In this document: piece by piece, positions 48,755 to 60,653 of the stretch | Layout of the letters: each line of letters starts with the position of its first letter | How positions within the stretch are numbered: position 1 is the stretch's first letter | NCBI GenBank assembly: GCA_013239625.1 | Contig: MU056303.1 | Location: forward strand, 11,104,286 to 11,168,285 | Reading direction: 5' to 3' | Length of the DNA stretch: 64,000 nucleotides | DNA from: Lama guanicoe | Taxonomy: Eukaryota | Notes under the pieces: generated by a model | What the model was told of the DNA's origin: nothing | The model's database searches: none | What the model saw: the letters and a program-made list of their open reading frames with translations, nothing else | Position numbers and translations under genes: made by a program

Positions 48755-49520
48755 AAGCGCCCCGGGGGAAGTGGGAGCTCCTGCTCTCATCTCAGAGCGT
48801 GGAGAGGCAGGCGCAGCTCCAATCCCAGGGGGCGCCGGGGACGAGGAGGAGGATGGCTTTCTTCTTGTTTTTGTTGTTTTAATTTCTGACTGCATTTCTC
48901 GGGGGGGCGGGGGGGCTGGGGGAGGCTGCGGAGCGCGGGGAGCGCGGAGCACCCGCGAGCCTGCGCGGCTGCGATTACATGGCTTAGGCCCGGCAGTGGC
49001 AGCTGTTAATCCCGACTGTTAATTAGAAGAGAGGGACAGAAGGCCGGCCCGCGAGCTCAGTTAAGCCTGGGCAGCCGCGCTCTGCCTTCCCGGGCCGCGT
49101 AATCCCCTTCGAGACCGGAGCCCGCGCGCGCCGCAGCAGGAGCGCCGGGAGGGCCGGCCCCCGCTGACACCTGCCACCCGAGGCCCAGGTGTCTTGGCGC
49201 CCAAAGCAGCACCTTCCGCTGGGACAGCGCCTCCCAGTGTCCCGAGCACATTCAAAAGCACCGCAGGAACCCGTGTTTTACTCCTATTTGGAAGACCAGG
49301 AGGGGCGCCTGGGAGGGCCGGGGATTTGCGACAATGAGTGTAGGGCCACGGCCCTTCCCAGGCGATGACGTCCAACGCAGGGCTCTGCTCTGTGCCCCAC
49401 GACGACCTGTGCCACCATCGGACCTCGCGGGGCTTGGTGTGGGATCTGACATCATGGTGCCGCCTGGCGGGAATTGAACTGGCCACTCCTAGGGGGAAGC
49501 TTCGCCCCTCCCAGTTCCTA
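48755..49520. promoter_or_regulatory. CpG island with K50-homeodomain site cluster (candidate enhancer or promoter)
   Basis: High CpG; five TAATCC/TAAGCC/TAATCG sites in 48972-49105; G-tract at 48901-48925. Confidence 0.6.
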
Positions 49521-51839
49521 GAGCTTCCCGTCCAGACTCCATAGTCTGGTCATCAAGATTCCCCAACGTCGTCTGCTGCTGACAGCCATCCCTTCCCGGG
49601 ACTCATCCCTTCCCGGGAGTTTATAATGATGACTCCAATTCTTATCTCATTCTCCCTTCACCGCCGCCCTGAGAGCAAGTCAGGCTGAGAACAAGTCTCT
49701 CAATCTGAAAATGGGAGAACTCCCGCAGGTGAGGTCTGTTCAGGACTTGGAGTGACAGGGAGGGTCTAGGACCGTGTCTGCTCATTTTTCATTGAAACAT
49801 ACTGCTTCCCGCCTCCATTGTTTCCATAAATTGCTCTTTGGCCCGCCCTGTCTTCCCCACTCACCTCCACCTAGAGATCGCAGTTCATTCAGGACCCGAT
49901 GTAGTTCCTTCCCTCTGTCTTCCCCAACGACGTGGTGTCCATCTCTCCCCTCTTCCCTGAGCCGCCTTGCACATCATTGATACCAGCAGGGGCAAGCTGC
50001 ACCAGGGGAGGGTCTCCAGGGGACCAGCTCCTGGGAGAGGCAGGGGACAGAGCAGGGGAAGGAAGTCTGTGGCTCTAGGCTGGGGTCTAGCTTCTAACCA
50101 GCTGTGGGACCTTCACCAGCCCCCTCCTCCTCTCTGACCTTTTGTTTTTCGTCTATGAAATAGAGGATGCATCAGTGTTGGGGATGAGGGTCAGGGATGC
50201 AGGGGAGGGAGGTTTGGGAACAGCCATGCAGAACTGCTGGTTTCTAGGATCGCACCATTTGTGGGGTGAGCTGGAACAGCTGCCAGGGGCTGCGATGCGT
50301 GGAGCTGGGGCAGTCTTGTTCTCCCCTCTCCATTTCCCATCGTACCAGGAAGGGCTTCATGCGGTTTCCGAGGGAGAATTTCGCTGTCAGGAATGAAGAT
50401 CCAGAATGTGAACATTAGATCAGAACGTCCCAGGCTGGAACTCTGGCTCTGCCACTTGTTTGCTGAGGTGATGATGATGATGACGATCATGATGGAAAGC
50501 TCACCATACACCACATTTTATCTTAAGGCTTCACATGCGTGATTTCAACTAAACTTCACCAGAAAACAGGAATTCTTTTTCTCTCTGTTTTCCAAATAAG
50601 GAAACACAGGTTTATAGAAATTAGGTAATTTACCATTCAGCTGGCAAGGGGCCCATCGGGGTTTTAATTACCAATACATGCACTCACTGCAGAGTTACGC
50701 AGTCTCTCTAAGACTCGGTTTCCTCACTGGAAAAAAACATGGGAATAAAACTATTAATATGTGTATCATTGCTGATTGACCTTCAGTGGTAGCGCGTATG
50801 TGGCGGTGGCATGTCTACCAGAGCGCCTGGTCCATCTCAGGGATTCAGTCAGTGCGAATGTACTTCCTCGGTCTCTGAAACCCCTATGGCTTCACAAGGG
50901 AAGTAGTGCAGACATTACACGGCACTTCTGGCCACTTTGGACTCAATCAGCCCTCTGTTATCTCACCCACATGGCTCTGAGGTAATAGGATTACGTATCC
51001 TCAAGTATCTTCTGTAACAGTTGCAGAAAAGTCTTAAATAACCCGAGTTGTTACAGGCAAAGTAAGAATTTGTACCCAAGTCTCCTACCCTCCAGTCCCA
51101 GGTTCTTTTGATGACATCACATTAGATATAGCCAACGTCAGGCTTGACACGTCTCTTTTACTGTTCTTAGTTAAAATTTTTATTCTGAGACAGTTGTAGA
51201 GTCATATGCAATAGCAAAGTTAAAAAAATATAAAAAGAGGCATCTCCTGCTACCGTCTACTCAGTTTCCTCTGTAATGTCGTATGTAACTATCATGGAAC
51301 ATCACAATCAAGATATTAACATGTGAATGGTCAAGGTCAAGAACATTTCCACCACCATAAGGACTCTTCTTGTTGCCTTTTTGTAGCCACATGCACTTCC
51401 TTCCAGTATCCATCTCTTACCCCTTGGCAACCACTAATCTATTCCTCACTTCTGTATTTTTTTAAGAATATTCAATAAATGGAATAACTCAATACATAAA
51501 TTTTTAAGGTTGACTTGTTGTTCCGCTCAGCATAATTCTTTGCAGATTCATCCAGGTTGTTGTGAGTATCAATAGCATGTTCCTTCTCACTGTTGTGTAG
51601 TATTTACAGTTTTGTTGGAAGAATGTGGTCTGTTTCCATTTTTTCATTACTAGGGATAAAGCTACTATGAACATTCATGTGCAGATTTTTGTGTCCACAT
51701 GAGTGTTAATTTCTCTGGGATAAACATCCAGGAGTACGGTGGTTGCACGTTTAGTTTTATTTGAAGAAGTTGCCGAACTTTTCTACAGAGATCGTACCAT
51801 CCATTTTACATTCTCCTCAGCCATGTATGAATGATCTGG

Positions 51840-54800
51840 NNNNNNNNNNNNNNNNNNNNNNNNNNNNNNNNNNNNNNNNNNNNNNNNNNNNNNNNNNNNN
51901 NNNNNNNNNNNNNNNNNNNNNNNNNNNNNNNNNNNNNNNNNNNNNNNNNNNNNNNNNNNNNNNNNNNNNNNNNNNNNNNNNNNNNNNNNNNNNNNNNNNN
52001 NNNNNNTGAATTATTTCTGCATTTTTTTGTCCATTTTCTAACTGGATTGTTTTTTTTTTAACATTAAGTTTTGCTAGTTCTTTATATAATCTAGTTACTA
52101 GTCTTCACTGTTGGATACATAGTTGACAAATATTTTGTCAATTTTATAGCTTATCTTTTCATTCTCCTAACAGGATCTACGGAAGAAGGTAAGTTTTTCG
52201 TTTTGCTGAGGTGTCATTTGTTACTGTCCCCTTTTATTCAGTGTGTTTTGTGTCACCTAACAACTTTTTGCCTGGCCTTACATGCCAAAATTTTTATATT
52301 TTTTCCTAAACATTTTTATAGCTTTACATTTATGTCTGTGATATACTTTGAGTTCATTTTCTCTAATTTTTTAATTGTGGCAAAATACAGATAACATAAA
52401 ATTTGCTACCATAATCATTTTTAAGTATACAATTCAGTATTGGGTGTATTCACATTGTTGTGCAGCCATCATCACTCTGCATCTCTAGAACACTTTTTAT
52501 CTTAAAAAACTAAAACTCTGTACCCATTAAATAATAACTCTCCATTCCCCAGCCCCAGCCCCTGGCAACCATCATTCGTCTTTCTGCCTCTGTGGTTTTG
52601 ACTATCTAAACACCTCATATAAGTGGAATTGTGCTGTATTNNNNNNNNNNNNNNNNNNNNNNNNNNNNNNNNNNNNNNNNNNNNNNNNNNNNNNNNNNNN
52701 NNNNNNNNNNNNNNNNNNNNNNNNNNNNNNNNNNNNNNNNNNNNNNNNNNNNNNNNNNNNNNNNNNNNNNNNNNNNNNGTTTATCTGTGAATGGACACTT
52801 GTGCTGCTTCTACATTTGAGCTAATATGACTATGAATAACGCTGCTATGAACATGGCTGTAAAAGTGTTTCCTTGAGACCCTGCTTTCCATTCTTTTGAG
52901 AATATACCCAGCAGTGGAATTGGAATTGTTGGTTCACATGCTAATTCTATTTGCAATTTTTTTGAGGAACTGACACACCATTTCTTTTTTTTTGAAGAAG
53001 CTGCACTATTTTATATTCTCACCAATGGTGTACAAGGGTTCCAATTTCTCCACATACTTGTCAGCANNNNNNNNNNNNNNNNNNNNNNNNNNNNNNNNNN
53101 NNNNNNNNNNNNNNNNNNNNNNNNNNNNNNNNNNNNNNNNNNNNNNNNNNNNNNNNNNNNNNNNNNNNNNNNNNNNNNNNNNNNNNNNNNNNNNNNNNNN
53201 NNNNNNNNNNNNNNNNNNNNNNNNNNNNNNNNNNNNNNNNNNNNNNNNNNNGTTATTTTGTAATTGTTGAGTTTTAAGAGTTCTCTGTATATTCTAGATA
53301 TTAATCTCTTATCAGGTATCTGATTTGCAAATAGCTTCTTCCATTCTGTGCGTTGACTTTCAGTATCCTTTGATGCACAAAATTTTTGAATTTTCATGAA
53401 GTCCAATTTGTCTATTTTTTCCTCTGCCTCTAGTGTCATATTGAAGAAATCATTAGCAAGTCCAATGTTGTGAAATTTTGCCCAGTGTTTTTTTCCAAGA
53501 GTTTTATAGTTTTAAGTCTCATTTTCGGTCTGGATCACATTGGGTTAATTTTTGTATAAGCGTTGAGCTTCCTTCTTTTGCACATGGATGCCCAGTTTTC
53601 CCAGCACCCTTTGAAGACTATCTTTTCCCCATTAAATGACCTTGGCACCCTTACTGACAATCACTTGAGCATATATGTGATAGTTCACTGCTGGACTCCC
53701 CGTGCTGTCCTGTTGGTCTCTGTGTCTATATTTACGCCAGTTCCACACTGTTAGGATTATCTTAGCTTTGTAGTAAGTTTTGAAATCAGAGACTGTGAGT
53801 TGTCCAGCTTTGTTCTTCTTTTTCAGGATTGTTTTGATTATTCAGGGTCCTTTGAGAGTCTGTATGAATTTTAAGGTGTGTTTTTCTATGTATGCTAAGA
53901 AAATACCATTGGAATTTTGAGAAGGATTGGATTAAACTTTGGGTAGTATTAACATATTTGACATAACTTGTCTTTTCACTCTCTTAACAGGGTCTATTGC
54001 ATAGCAAAAGCTTTTCATTTTGATGAGATCTAATTTATTAATTTTTCCTTTTATGCATGGCACATTTTTGTGTCAAGCTTAAGAACTTTTGCCTAGCCTT
54101 AGATCTCAAAGATTTTAAAGTTTTATTTCTAAAAGTTTTATAGTTTTAGTTTCATATTTTGGTCAAAGTTCTTTTCGCTTTTTTTTTTTTCTGCCTGTGG
54201 AAGTCCAGTTGCTCCAGCACCATTTGTTGAAAAGGTGATCATTCTTCCATTGATTGTCTTTCGTGCCTTTGTTAAAAATCAGTTTGCTGTGTTTATGTAG
54301 ATCTGTTTCTGCATTCTCTAGTCATTTAGTTACGTGTCTCTATCTAACCACACAATGTTGATTTACTATAGTCATATAATTAAGTTTTCAAATTGAGTAG
54401 ACTGGTTCCTCTCAATATATTATTCTTTTTCAAATTGTTTTAGTTATTATAACTCTTTTGCCTTATCATATATATTTTGGAATAATCTTACCTATAACTA
54501 TAAAAAATCTTCCTTATATTTTGATAGGAATTGTGTTAAACCTATATATCAATTCAAGGATAAGTTTTTTCTGTGTGAAGACTTCCGCTCCATAAACGTT
54601 ATGTCTCTCCATTTACTTAGAACTTTACAAAATGTATTTCATTAGCATTTTATAGTTTTCCTCAGAGAAGTCCTATACACATCTTTAATGGCTTTTTGTT
54701 TCAGGTTTTTCAGGGATTTTAAATTATATTGTATTTTAATTTTGGAGTTCACATGTTTATTGCTAGTATATAGAAATACAATTAGTTTTTGTACGTTTAT

Positions 54801-55655
54801 CTTGCATCCTGAAACTTTCCTGAACTCAGTCATTAGTTCTGTGAGGTATTTTTTGTAGTTTTTTTGTTTGTCTGTTTTAGTTTAGGGATTTTCTGTGTAG
54901 ACAATCATATCATATGCGAGTAGGGCCAGTTTTATTTCTTCTCTTCTGACCTGTGTGCTTTCTTTTCTTTTCTTGCCTTATTGCGTGGCCAGCACATCCA
55001 ATGCTGTGTCGAATAAGAATGGTGAGAGTAAATGTCCTTGCCTTGTTGCCAGTCTTAGGAAGACAGCATTCAGTCAGTCTTTACTGTTAAATGTAACGTC
55101 ACTTCTAGGTTTTTATAAGTACTCTTTATGAATGTTGAGAAAGTTTCCTTCCATCCCTGTTTTCCCGAGAGATTTTATTATAAATGGACATTTGATTTTG
55201 TCAAATTTTTTTCAACATCAATTTATGTGATTTTTTTCCTCTTTAGATGATTAATAAGGTATGCTACATTAAATTTTGAATATTAAACCAGTCTTGGCAT
55301 CCCTAGAATTATAAACCCTACTTGGCCATGATGTATAATTCTTTTTATGTATTCCTGAATTATNNNNNNNNNNNNNNNNNNNNNNNNNNNNNNNNNNNNN
55401 NNNNNNNNNNNNNNNNNNNNNNNNNNNNNNNNNNNNNNNNNNNNNNNNNNNNNNNNNNNNNNNNNNNNNNNNNNNNNNNNNNNNNNNNNNNNNNNNNNNN
55501 NNNNNNNNNNNNNNNNNNNNNNNNNNNNNNNNNNNNNNNNNNNNNNNNNNNNNNNNNNNNNNNNNNNNNNNNNNNNNNNNNNNNNNNNNNNNNNNNNNNN
55601 NNNNNNNNNNNNNNNNNNNNNNNNNNNNNNNNNNNNNNNNNNNNNNNNNNNNNNN
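51840..55655. other. Four N-runs: 51840-52006, 52641-52778, 53067-53251, 55364-55655
   Basis: Directly visible; all inside L1 sequence. Confidence 1.
52358..53965 (-). mobile_element. Nested L1MB-type 3' fragment
   Basis: New 3' end TTTTAATTGTGGCAAAATACAGATAACATAAAATTT; minus ORF EEKIDKLDFMKIQKFCASKDT..EWKKLFANQIPDKRLISRIYRELLKLN is L1 ORF2. Confidence 0.88.
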
Positions 55656-55687
55656 AAAATGAATTAAGAAAGCTTTCCTTCTCTTCT

Positions 55688-55842
55688 TGCTATGATCTGA
55701 ATGTTTCTTTTCCCCAAAATTCACATCTTGGAATCACAGTGCCCAAAGAGATGTTGTTAAAAACTGAGGCCTTTCAGAAGTGATTAGGTTGTGAGCATGG
55801 AGCTCTCATGGACAGGATTAGTGCTTTTATAAAAGAGACCCC
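55688..55842 (+). mobile_element. MaLR LTR 5' fragment (MLT1A-like)
   Basis: TGCTATGATCTGAATGTTT..CCCCAAAATTCACAT..GGATTAGTGCTTTTATAAAAGAGACCCC. Confidence 0.85.
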
Positions 55843-55851
55843 TGTTGTTTA

Positions 55852-55998
55852 TTTTAGCTTTTTATGTTTATTTTTTGCAGGGAAGAAGTAATTAGGTTTA
55901 TTTACTTATTTGGTGTTCCAGTGGAGGTACTGGGGATTGAACCCAGGACCTTGTGCATGCTAAGCATGCACCCTACCACTTGAGCTATACCTTCCCCC
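55852..55998 (-). mobile_element. Vic-1-type tRNA-Ala-derived camelid SINE
   Basis: Minus strand GGGGAAGGTATAGCTCAAGTGGTAGGGTGCATGCTTAGCATGCACAAGGTCCTGGGTTCAATCCCCAGTACCTCCA (A box, B box, AGC anticodon remnant) plus AT-rich body and A-tail; TSD core CTGTTGTTTA. Confidence 0.92.
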
Positions 55999-57377
55999 AT
56001 TCCTCTGTTGTTTAGATTGGACATTTTCTATTATTCTATCTTCCAATTCATGGATTCTTTCCTCTGCACCTTCGTTCTTTTTTAGCCCATTCATTGAATT
56101 TATTTCAATTATTATAAATATATATATTATATATGTTTTTAGTTCTAAATTTTCCATTTGATTTTTCTTTATAGCTTTTTGCTGAGACTTTCTGTTTTTT
56201 CGTTTGTTTCAAGCACGCTCATAATTGCTCATTGAAGAATTTTCATGACTGCTTTAACATTTTTGTCAGATAATTCCACCATCTCTGTCATATTTGGTGT
56301 TGGCAAATTGATTTTTTTTTAAACTCAGTTTGAGATATCCCTAGTTCTTGGTATGAAAAGTGATGTTCTTTTGAAACCTGGATACTTGGGGTATGATGTT
56401 GTAAGACTCCAGATTTAACTTAGACCCTCTGATTTAGCTAGCTTCCTCTAATACCACCCAGGCAGAGAGAGGGGAACATGCCACCTTGTGACTGCCGGGT
56501 GGAAGTCAAAGCCCAGGCTCCCCGCTTGGCTTCTGTTGACACCCAAGGAGGGCGCTCCATCCTACAGCTGAGTGGAGGGGGGACCCCCGTCCTTGCTAGG
56601 CCTCTGCTCTCTCATTGGGAGGGACTGGAGTTAATGTTCTGTGCATGGTCTACACTGACACTAAAGTGTGGGAAATGGAGTAAAGCTTATTACCTCTTGC
56701 CAGATAATACTGGGATGAAGTCCCAGCTCCCTGCTTCAACTTCTCTGCCACATCCCAGCAGACGAGTCAGGGCACCTCAGTACAAAGTTGCAGGTTACAA
56801 GCCTAAGCTCCCAACTCTGTTTTTGCTGGCATAGGTCGGGATGGGGCCACAGGGTTTGTTTTGTTTTGATTGGCTTATTGGTAGTGTTTGCCAGGCATAG
56901 AGCGGCTAGGTTGTTCCGTTCCTGGTTATTTAGCTAAACAGAGCCATTTCTTTGTCTGAGGGTTCTTGTTTTTGCCTTTTGTACTTATTGGCCTTTCCTG
57001 GTTGCTGATTTATTCAGCCCCAAGTTAGGGGTATACGAAGTAAGAAGAAAACCCAGGGGACTCGCCACCATATCATTGTCTGGGTCCTCAGGTCCCTAGC
57101 CAGTTTATTTTTTCTTGCCATATTTTGTCTTACGTGGTCTCACAATGTCCAGGGGCTTTAGCTGTACTTAGTGGGAGGAACAGGGAAAATTGTGTCTAGT
57201 CCATGGAAATCCCAAACATTTTTTTTTCCAGAGAAGAATCCCGTTAAGTAGCTAAATTCCCAAAGAAAGGCTGTGTGAAGAGTGTACGAAATCGTGGCAG
57301 GGACTACTGGACTCAGCCTCTCAATCCAGCGACATTTTGGACAGTCTTTGCGGGAGGAGCAAGGAGTCCTCATTTTT

Positions 57378-57578
57378 CAGGCCCTTAATTCATGGTCCAT
57401 GGACGGTCTGTTGGAGTGTGAGAGCTGTCTGTAACCACCCTCCCCAAACTCGTGGAATTAAATATAAAGTCTTGTAGTTCATGCCTGTATGCATTTATCT
57501 ATAGAGAGGACACATTCTCAATGGATTCTCAAACGGTGCCTGAGATACGTGTGCCCTCTCACATTTAAGACTGTTCTG
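57378..57578 (+). mobile_element. Non-autonomous hAT-type DNA element, probably the same family as 18283-18453
   Basis: CTTAA..GGTCCATGGA..GATTCTCAAA..TTAAGA..CTG. Confidence 0.5.
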
Positions 57579-59384
57579 GGAAGTCTACATGTTCCCTTTT
57601 GCTCAGAACACCATCAGGACGCTCCATGTCCAGATCCTGCTGCCCTTCCTGTCCTGTGCTTTGGCACTGTGCCACCGAGAGGTCCAGATTAACAGTCCAC
57701 CAGATGTCATTTGGAGGATTTTGCTGAAAATGTTTCCATCTACAGCACAATGTCTTCTTCACGAAGACCCATGGGAGAACTTCCTCTTGGGTCTTATCAT
57801 CAGGAAAATTTGTTCTGCTTTTCTGCTTACAACTGGCATTCTTTGAATTTTTTTTTAACCATTAAGGACAGTTTGCTTCTTATAACTGTATTTTATCGTG
57901 TCTTTATTTTGGCTGTTGGGAAGCCCAGTCATAATTTGGAGCTGTCTATTGCAAAAGATCTTATGGGCTGCACCTGACGGTCTGTATGTTTACTTTTGCT
58001 TCCCCCCCCACCCATATTTCCCTCTCATAGTCTCCTAAACCCAATAATTCCCTTGACTATTTATTTCATTCTTTTACATTATGGACATTTTACAAGCAGC
58101 CTTAAATACCTATGGTAGGAGGCAAGGATAGATATATACACAGATAGACAGAAGGACAGCTAGATGGATAGACAGACAAGAAGACAGAGAGACATATCCT
58201 CCAGCAGTGCTGGGGTCCACTCTCCCTAAATGCCATGGCTTCAGCATGGTGGTAAGGCGGCTCATGCCCAGCCATCACTCTCCAATTGCCTTTTTATTGC
58301 TGCATAAAATGCAAAGGAAGGATGCTTGTCTCCAGGCTGCCTTACTCAACAAATCCCAGGTGGGCTGGTGTAAAGTTGATGGGGGGAAAGGGAACCTCCC
58401 TAATGGGACAGAATGAGTGGTAAGCCCCAGAGTCCCCTCCCCCTCTTTTCCCATCAGTACCACCTACTTTCTGGTCTCTACTTTATCAGAGTTGCCAGAG
58501 ACCCTCCTTTGAAAATGGATCCTAAATATACAAATGGAAGGGAGTATAGGACTCTCTCAGGAAACCATTTTCTATGACTCCTTCACTCTTCTCCCTTCTT
58601 CCCTGTCAGCCCACAGATGATGTGGACAGAGAGCTGTGATGCTCAGGGGCACACAGCTCCCCGTGTTGTGGCAAAGTATGAGGTGGCTCTCACATCTGGT
58701 TGCCCAAGAAAACCATGGTGACCTTGAGAACCTGCATGTGCTCTTTCTAATATCTGGACTTCATTTCTTACCCTGTGGAATGAAGAGAATAAAATATGAA
58801 CTTCCTCACAGGATTACAGGTGACCTGTAACCTCCCCTGGAATCCTCACAGGTGAAGATTAACCTAGAAAACAAAGGTGAAACTACTGCATAAGCTGCCA
58901 TGTGTTATGCAGGTGCTATGGGCTGAGTCGTGTCCCCTCTGACGTCATATGTTGACGTCTTAATCCCAATAACTCAGAATGTGACCCTATTGGTTGAGGT
59001 TCTTCTTATCACAATCTCCGGACACACCTACTGCTTTCCCACCTCGGAGTCATGGCTCCCACTGTTCCTCTGGAGCACCTCCCTCTCCTGGTCTCATCTC
59101 AGTCTACCCTGCCCCCAGTACCCTCTCCCCTCAGCCTATCAGTGGAGTTTTTCTTTTTAACCACTCCTCTATTTCATTTTTGTTCTGTAAGACCTTAAAG
59201 ACATAAACTAGTAATTCTCAAACTACAGTGCACATAAGAATTACAGGAGGAACGAGCTAAAACACAGATTCCTAAATCTTGCTCCATTTTAACAGGCACC
59301 TCAAGTGATGCAGATGCAAGTGTTCCAGCTGCTAAGCCCTTTGCTGGGAGGGGACAAGATGCCGTGGGAGGGAAATACAGATCT

Positions 59385-59797
59385 GTGTGCTCATTGACTC
59401 AGGCTGCTGTAACAAAGTACCACAGACCGAGTGACTTGAACAACGGAAATTATTTCCTCATAGCTCTGGGGGCTGGAAGTCCAACATTAAGGTGTTGGCA
59501 GGGTTGGTTTCTTCTGAGGGCTGTGAGGGGAGAATCTATTCCAAACCTCTCTCCTTGGCTTGTAGACACCCATCTTCTCCCTCTGTCTTCCATCACCTCT
59601 CTGCACCTGTGTCTGCATTCAGATCTCCCCCTTTTCATAAGGACAACAATTATATTGGATTACAGCCCACTCCACTGACCTCATTTTAACTTAATTACTT
59701 CTTTAAAAACCCTATGCCCAATATGGTCACGTTCTGAGTTGTTGGGATTAAGACTTCAACATATGACTTTAAAGAGGACACAATTCAGCTCATAGAA
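59385..59797 (-). mobile_element. MaLR solo LTR (MLT1B/C-like)
   Basis: GGCTGCTGTAACAAAGTACCACAGAC..GGCTGGAAGTCCAA..GACCTCATTTTAACTTAATTAC..GACTTCAACATATGA..GGACACAATTCAGC. Confidence 0.92.
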
Positions 59798-59852
59798 TTA
59801 GATACCCAAGGCAAGGTTTCTGACAAAATTGGAGACACAGAGATAGGGCTTC

Positions 59853-60124
59853 TGTATCCATTAGGATTTCATTTAGCCAAAAGTAATCCAGCAGTAGCTG
59901 AACGAAATAGAGACCTGACAAGAAATCCAGGATGGCAATCTAGGTCTGGTTTAATAGCTCCACAATGTGATAGAGGAGACTGGCTCCTTCTACTGTTCTG
60001 CCTTGCCATCCTTCCCATGTGGCTTTTTAAGATGCCATAACAAGATTGCTGCATCCCTAAGCACCTCTTATCCATTCTGGTCAGGAAGAAGGGGTAGGAG
60101 TGAGGGCAAAGGTATTTGTCAGCT
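59853..60124 (-). mobile_element. Old MaLR LTR fragment (MLT1J/K/L-like), interrupted by an ERV1 LTR
   Basis: CAGGATGGCAATCTAGGTCTGG..GGCTCCTTCTACTGTTCTGCC..AACAAGATTGCTGC. Confidence 0.55.
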
Positions 60125-60653
60125 TGTTACAGAGTCCAACCAAGCTTGTATTCCTTGCTGCAACGACAGGCCAATAAATTGACAAGAGACGAGTTTTGGG
60201 AGTAAGGAATAGAGACTTTATCTGGAAAGCCAGCAGACTGAGAAGATGGTAGACCAGTGTCCCAAAGAACCATCTTTTACCCAAGTTCAAATTCAGGCTT
60301 CTTTTATACTAAAAGGAGAGGGAGTGTGGCTGGTTGTTGCAAGCGTCTTGGTGGGGGAATCCTTTGTTCTTGCAACTGGCAGCACAGGTCTGGTCACAAC
60401 GTTCCTGAAAACCTCCCAAAAGACAAACCTTATTCTTGGTTCTGCAACTTTTTATCTCTGTGTGAATGGAAACGTGTCATACCTTTAAAGGTCAGAGCCT
60501 TGGGAATGGGCTGTCCTGTGTATTTCAGGCTCGAGGCAACATTCCCTTTAAAAAGGTGCAAAGCCAGCATGACTAAGCACAGGCAACGGAACACAAAGGT
60601 CAGAGCTGAAGGAACACATGCAACGCGGAGTCAGTTTGTCCTTCTCTGGCGCA
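60125..60653 (-). mobile_element. ERV1-class solo LTR, cetartiodactyl type
   Basis: TG..CA termini; minus-strand TATAAAA at ~60302-60308; GACAGGCCAATAAAT..GGAAAGCCAGCAGACTGAGAAGATGGTAGAC typical of such LTRs; TSD poorly preserved. Confidence 0.8.

Larger units (their letters stand above)
51170..57210 (-). mobile_element. Ancient L1 (L1MD/L1M4-like) spanning 5' end to 3' end, with deletions and nested inserts
   Basis: 3'UTR at ~51170; RT region EFRKVSGCKINVQKLIVFLYTSN (54642-54833); ORF1 coiled coil AEERIHELEDRIIENVQS (~56000-56157); 5'-end-like sequence ~57120-57210. Confidence 0.85.

Noticed and set aside
48606-49022. ORF with poly-Leu resembling a signal peptide
   Set aside because: The poly-Leu is the (TTA)n tail of a MIR, and the ORF starts at a non-ATG codon inside the SINE.
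55922-55997. tRNA-Ala(AGC) gene
   Set aside because: It has stem mismatches, a SINE body and A-tail, and a TSD; it is a Vic-1-type SINE head.
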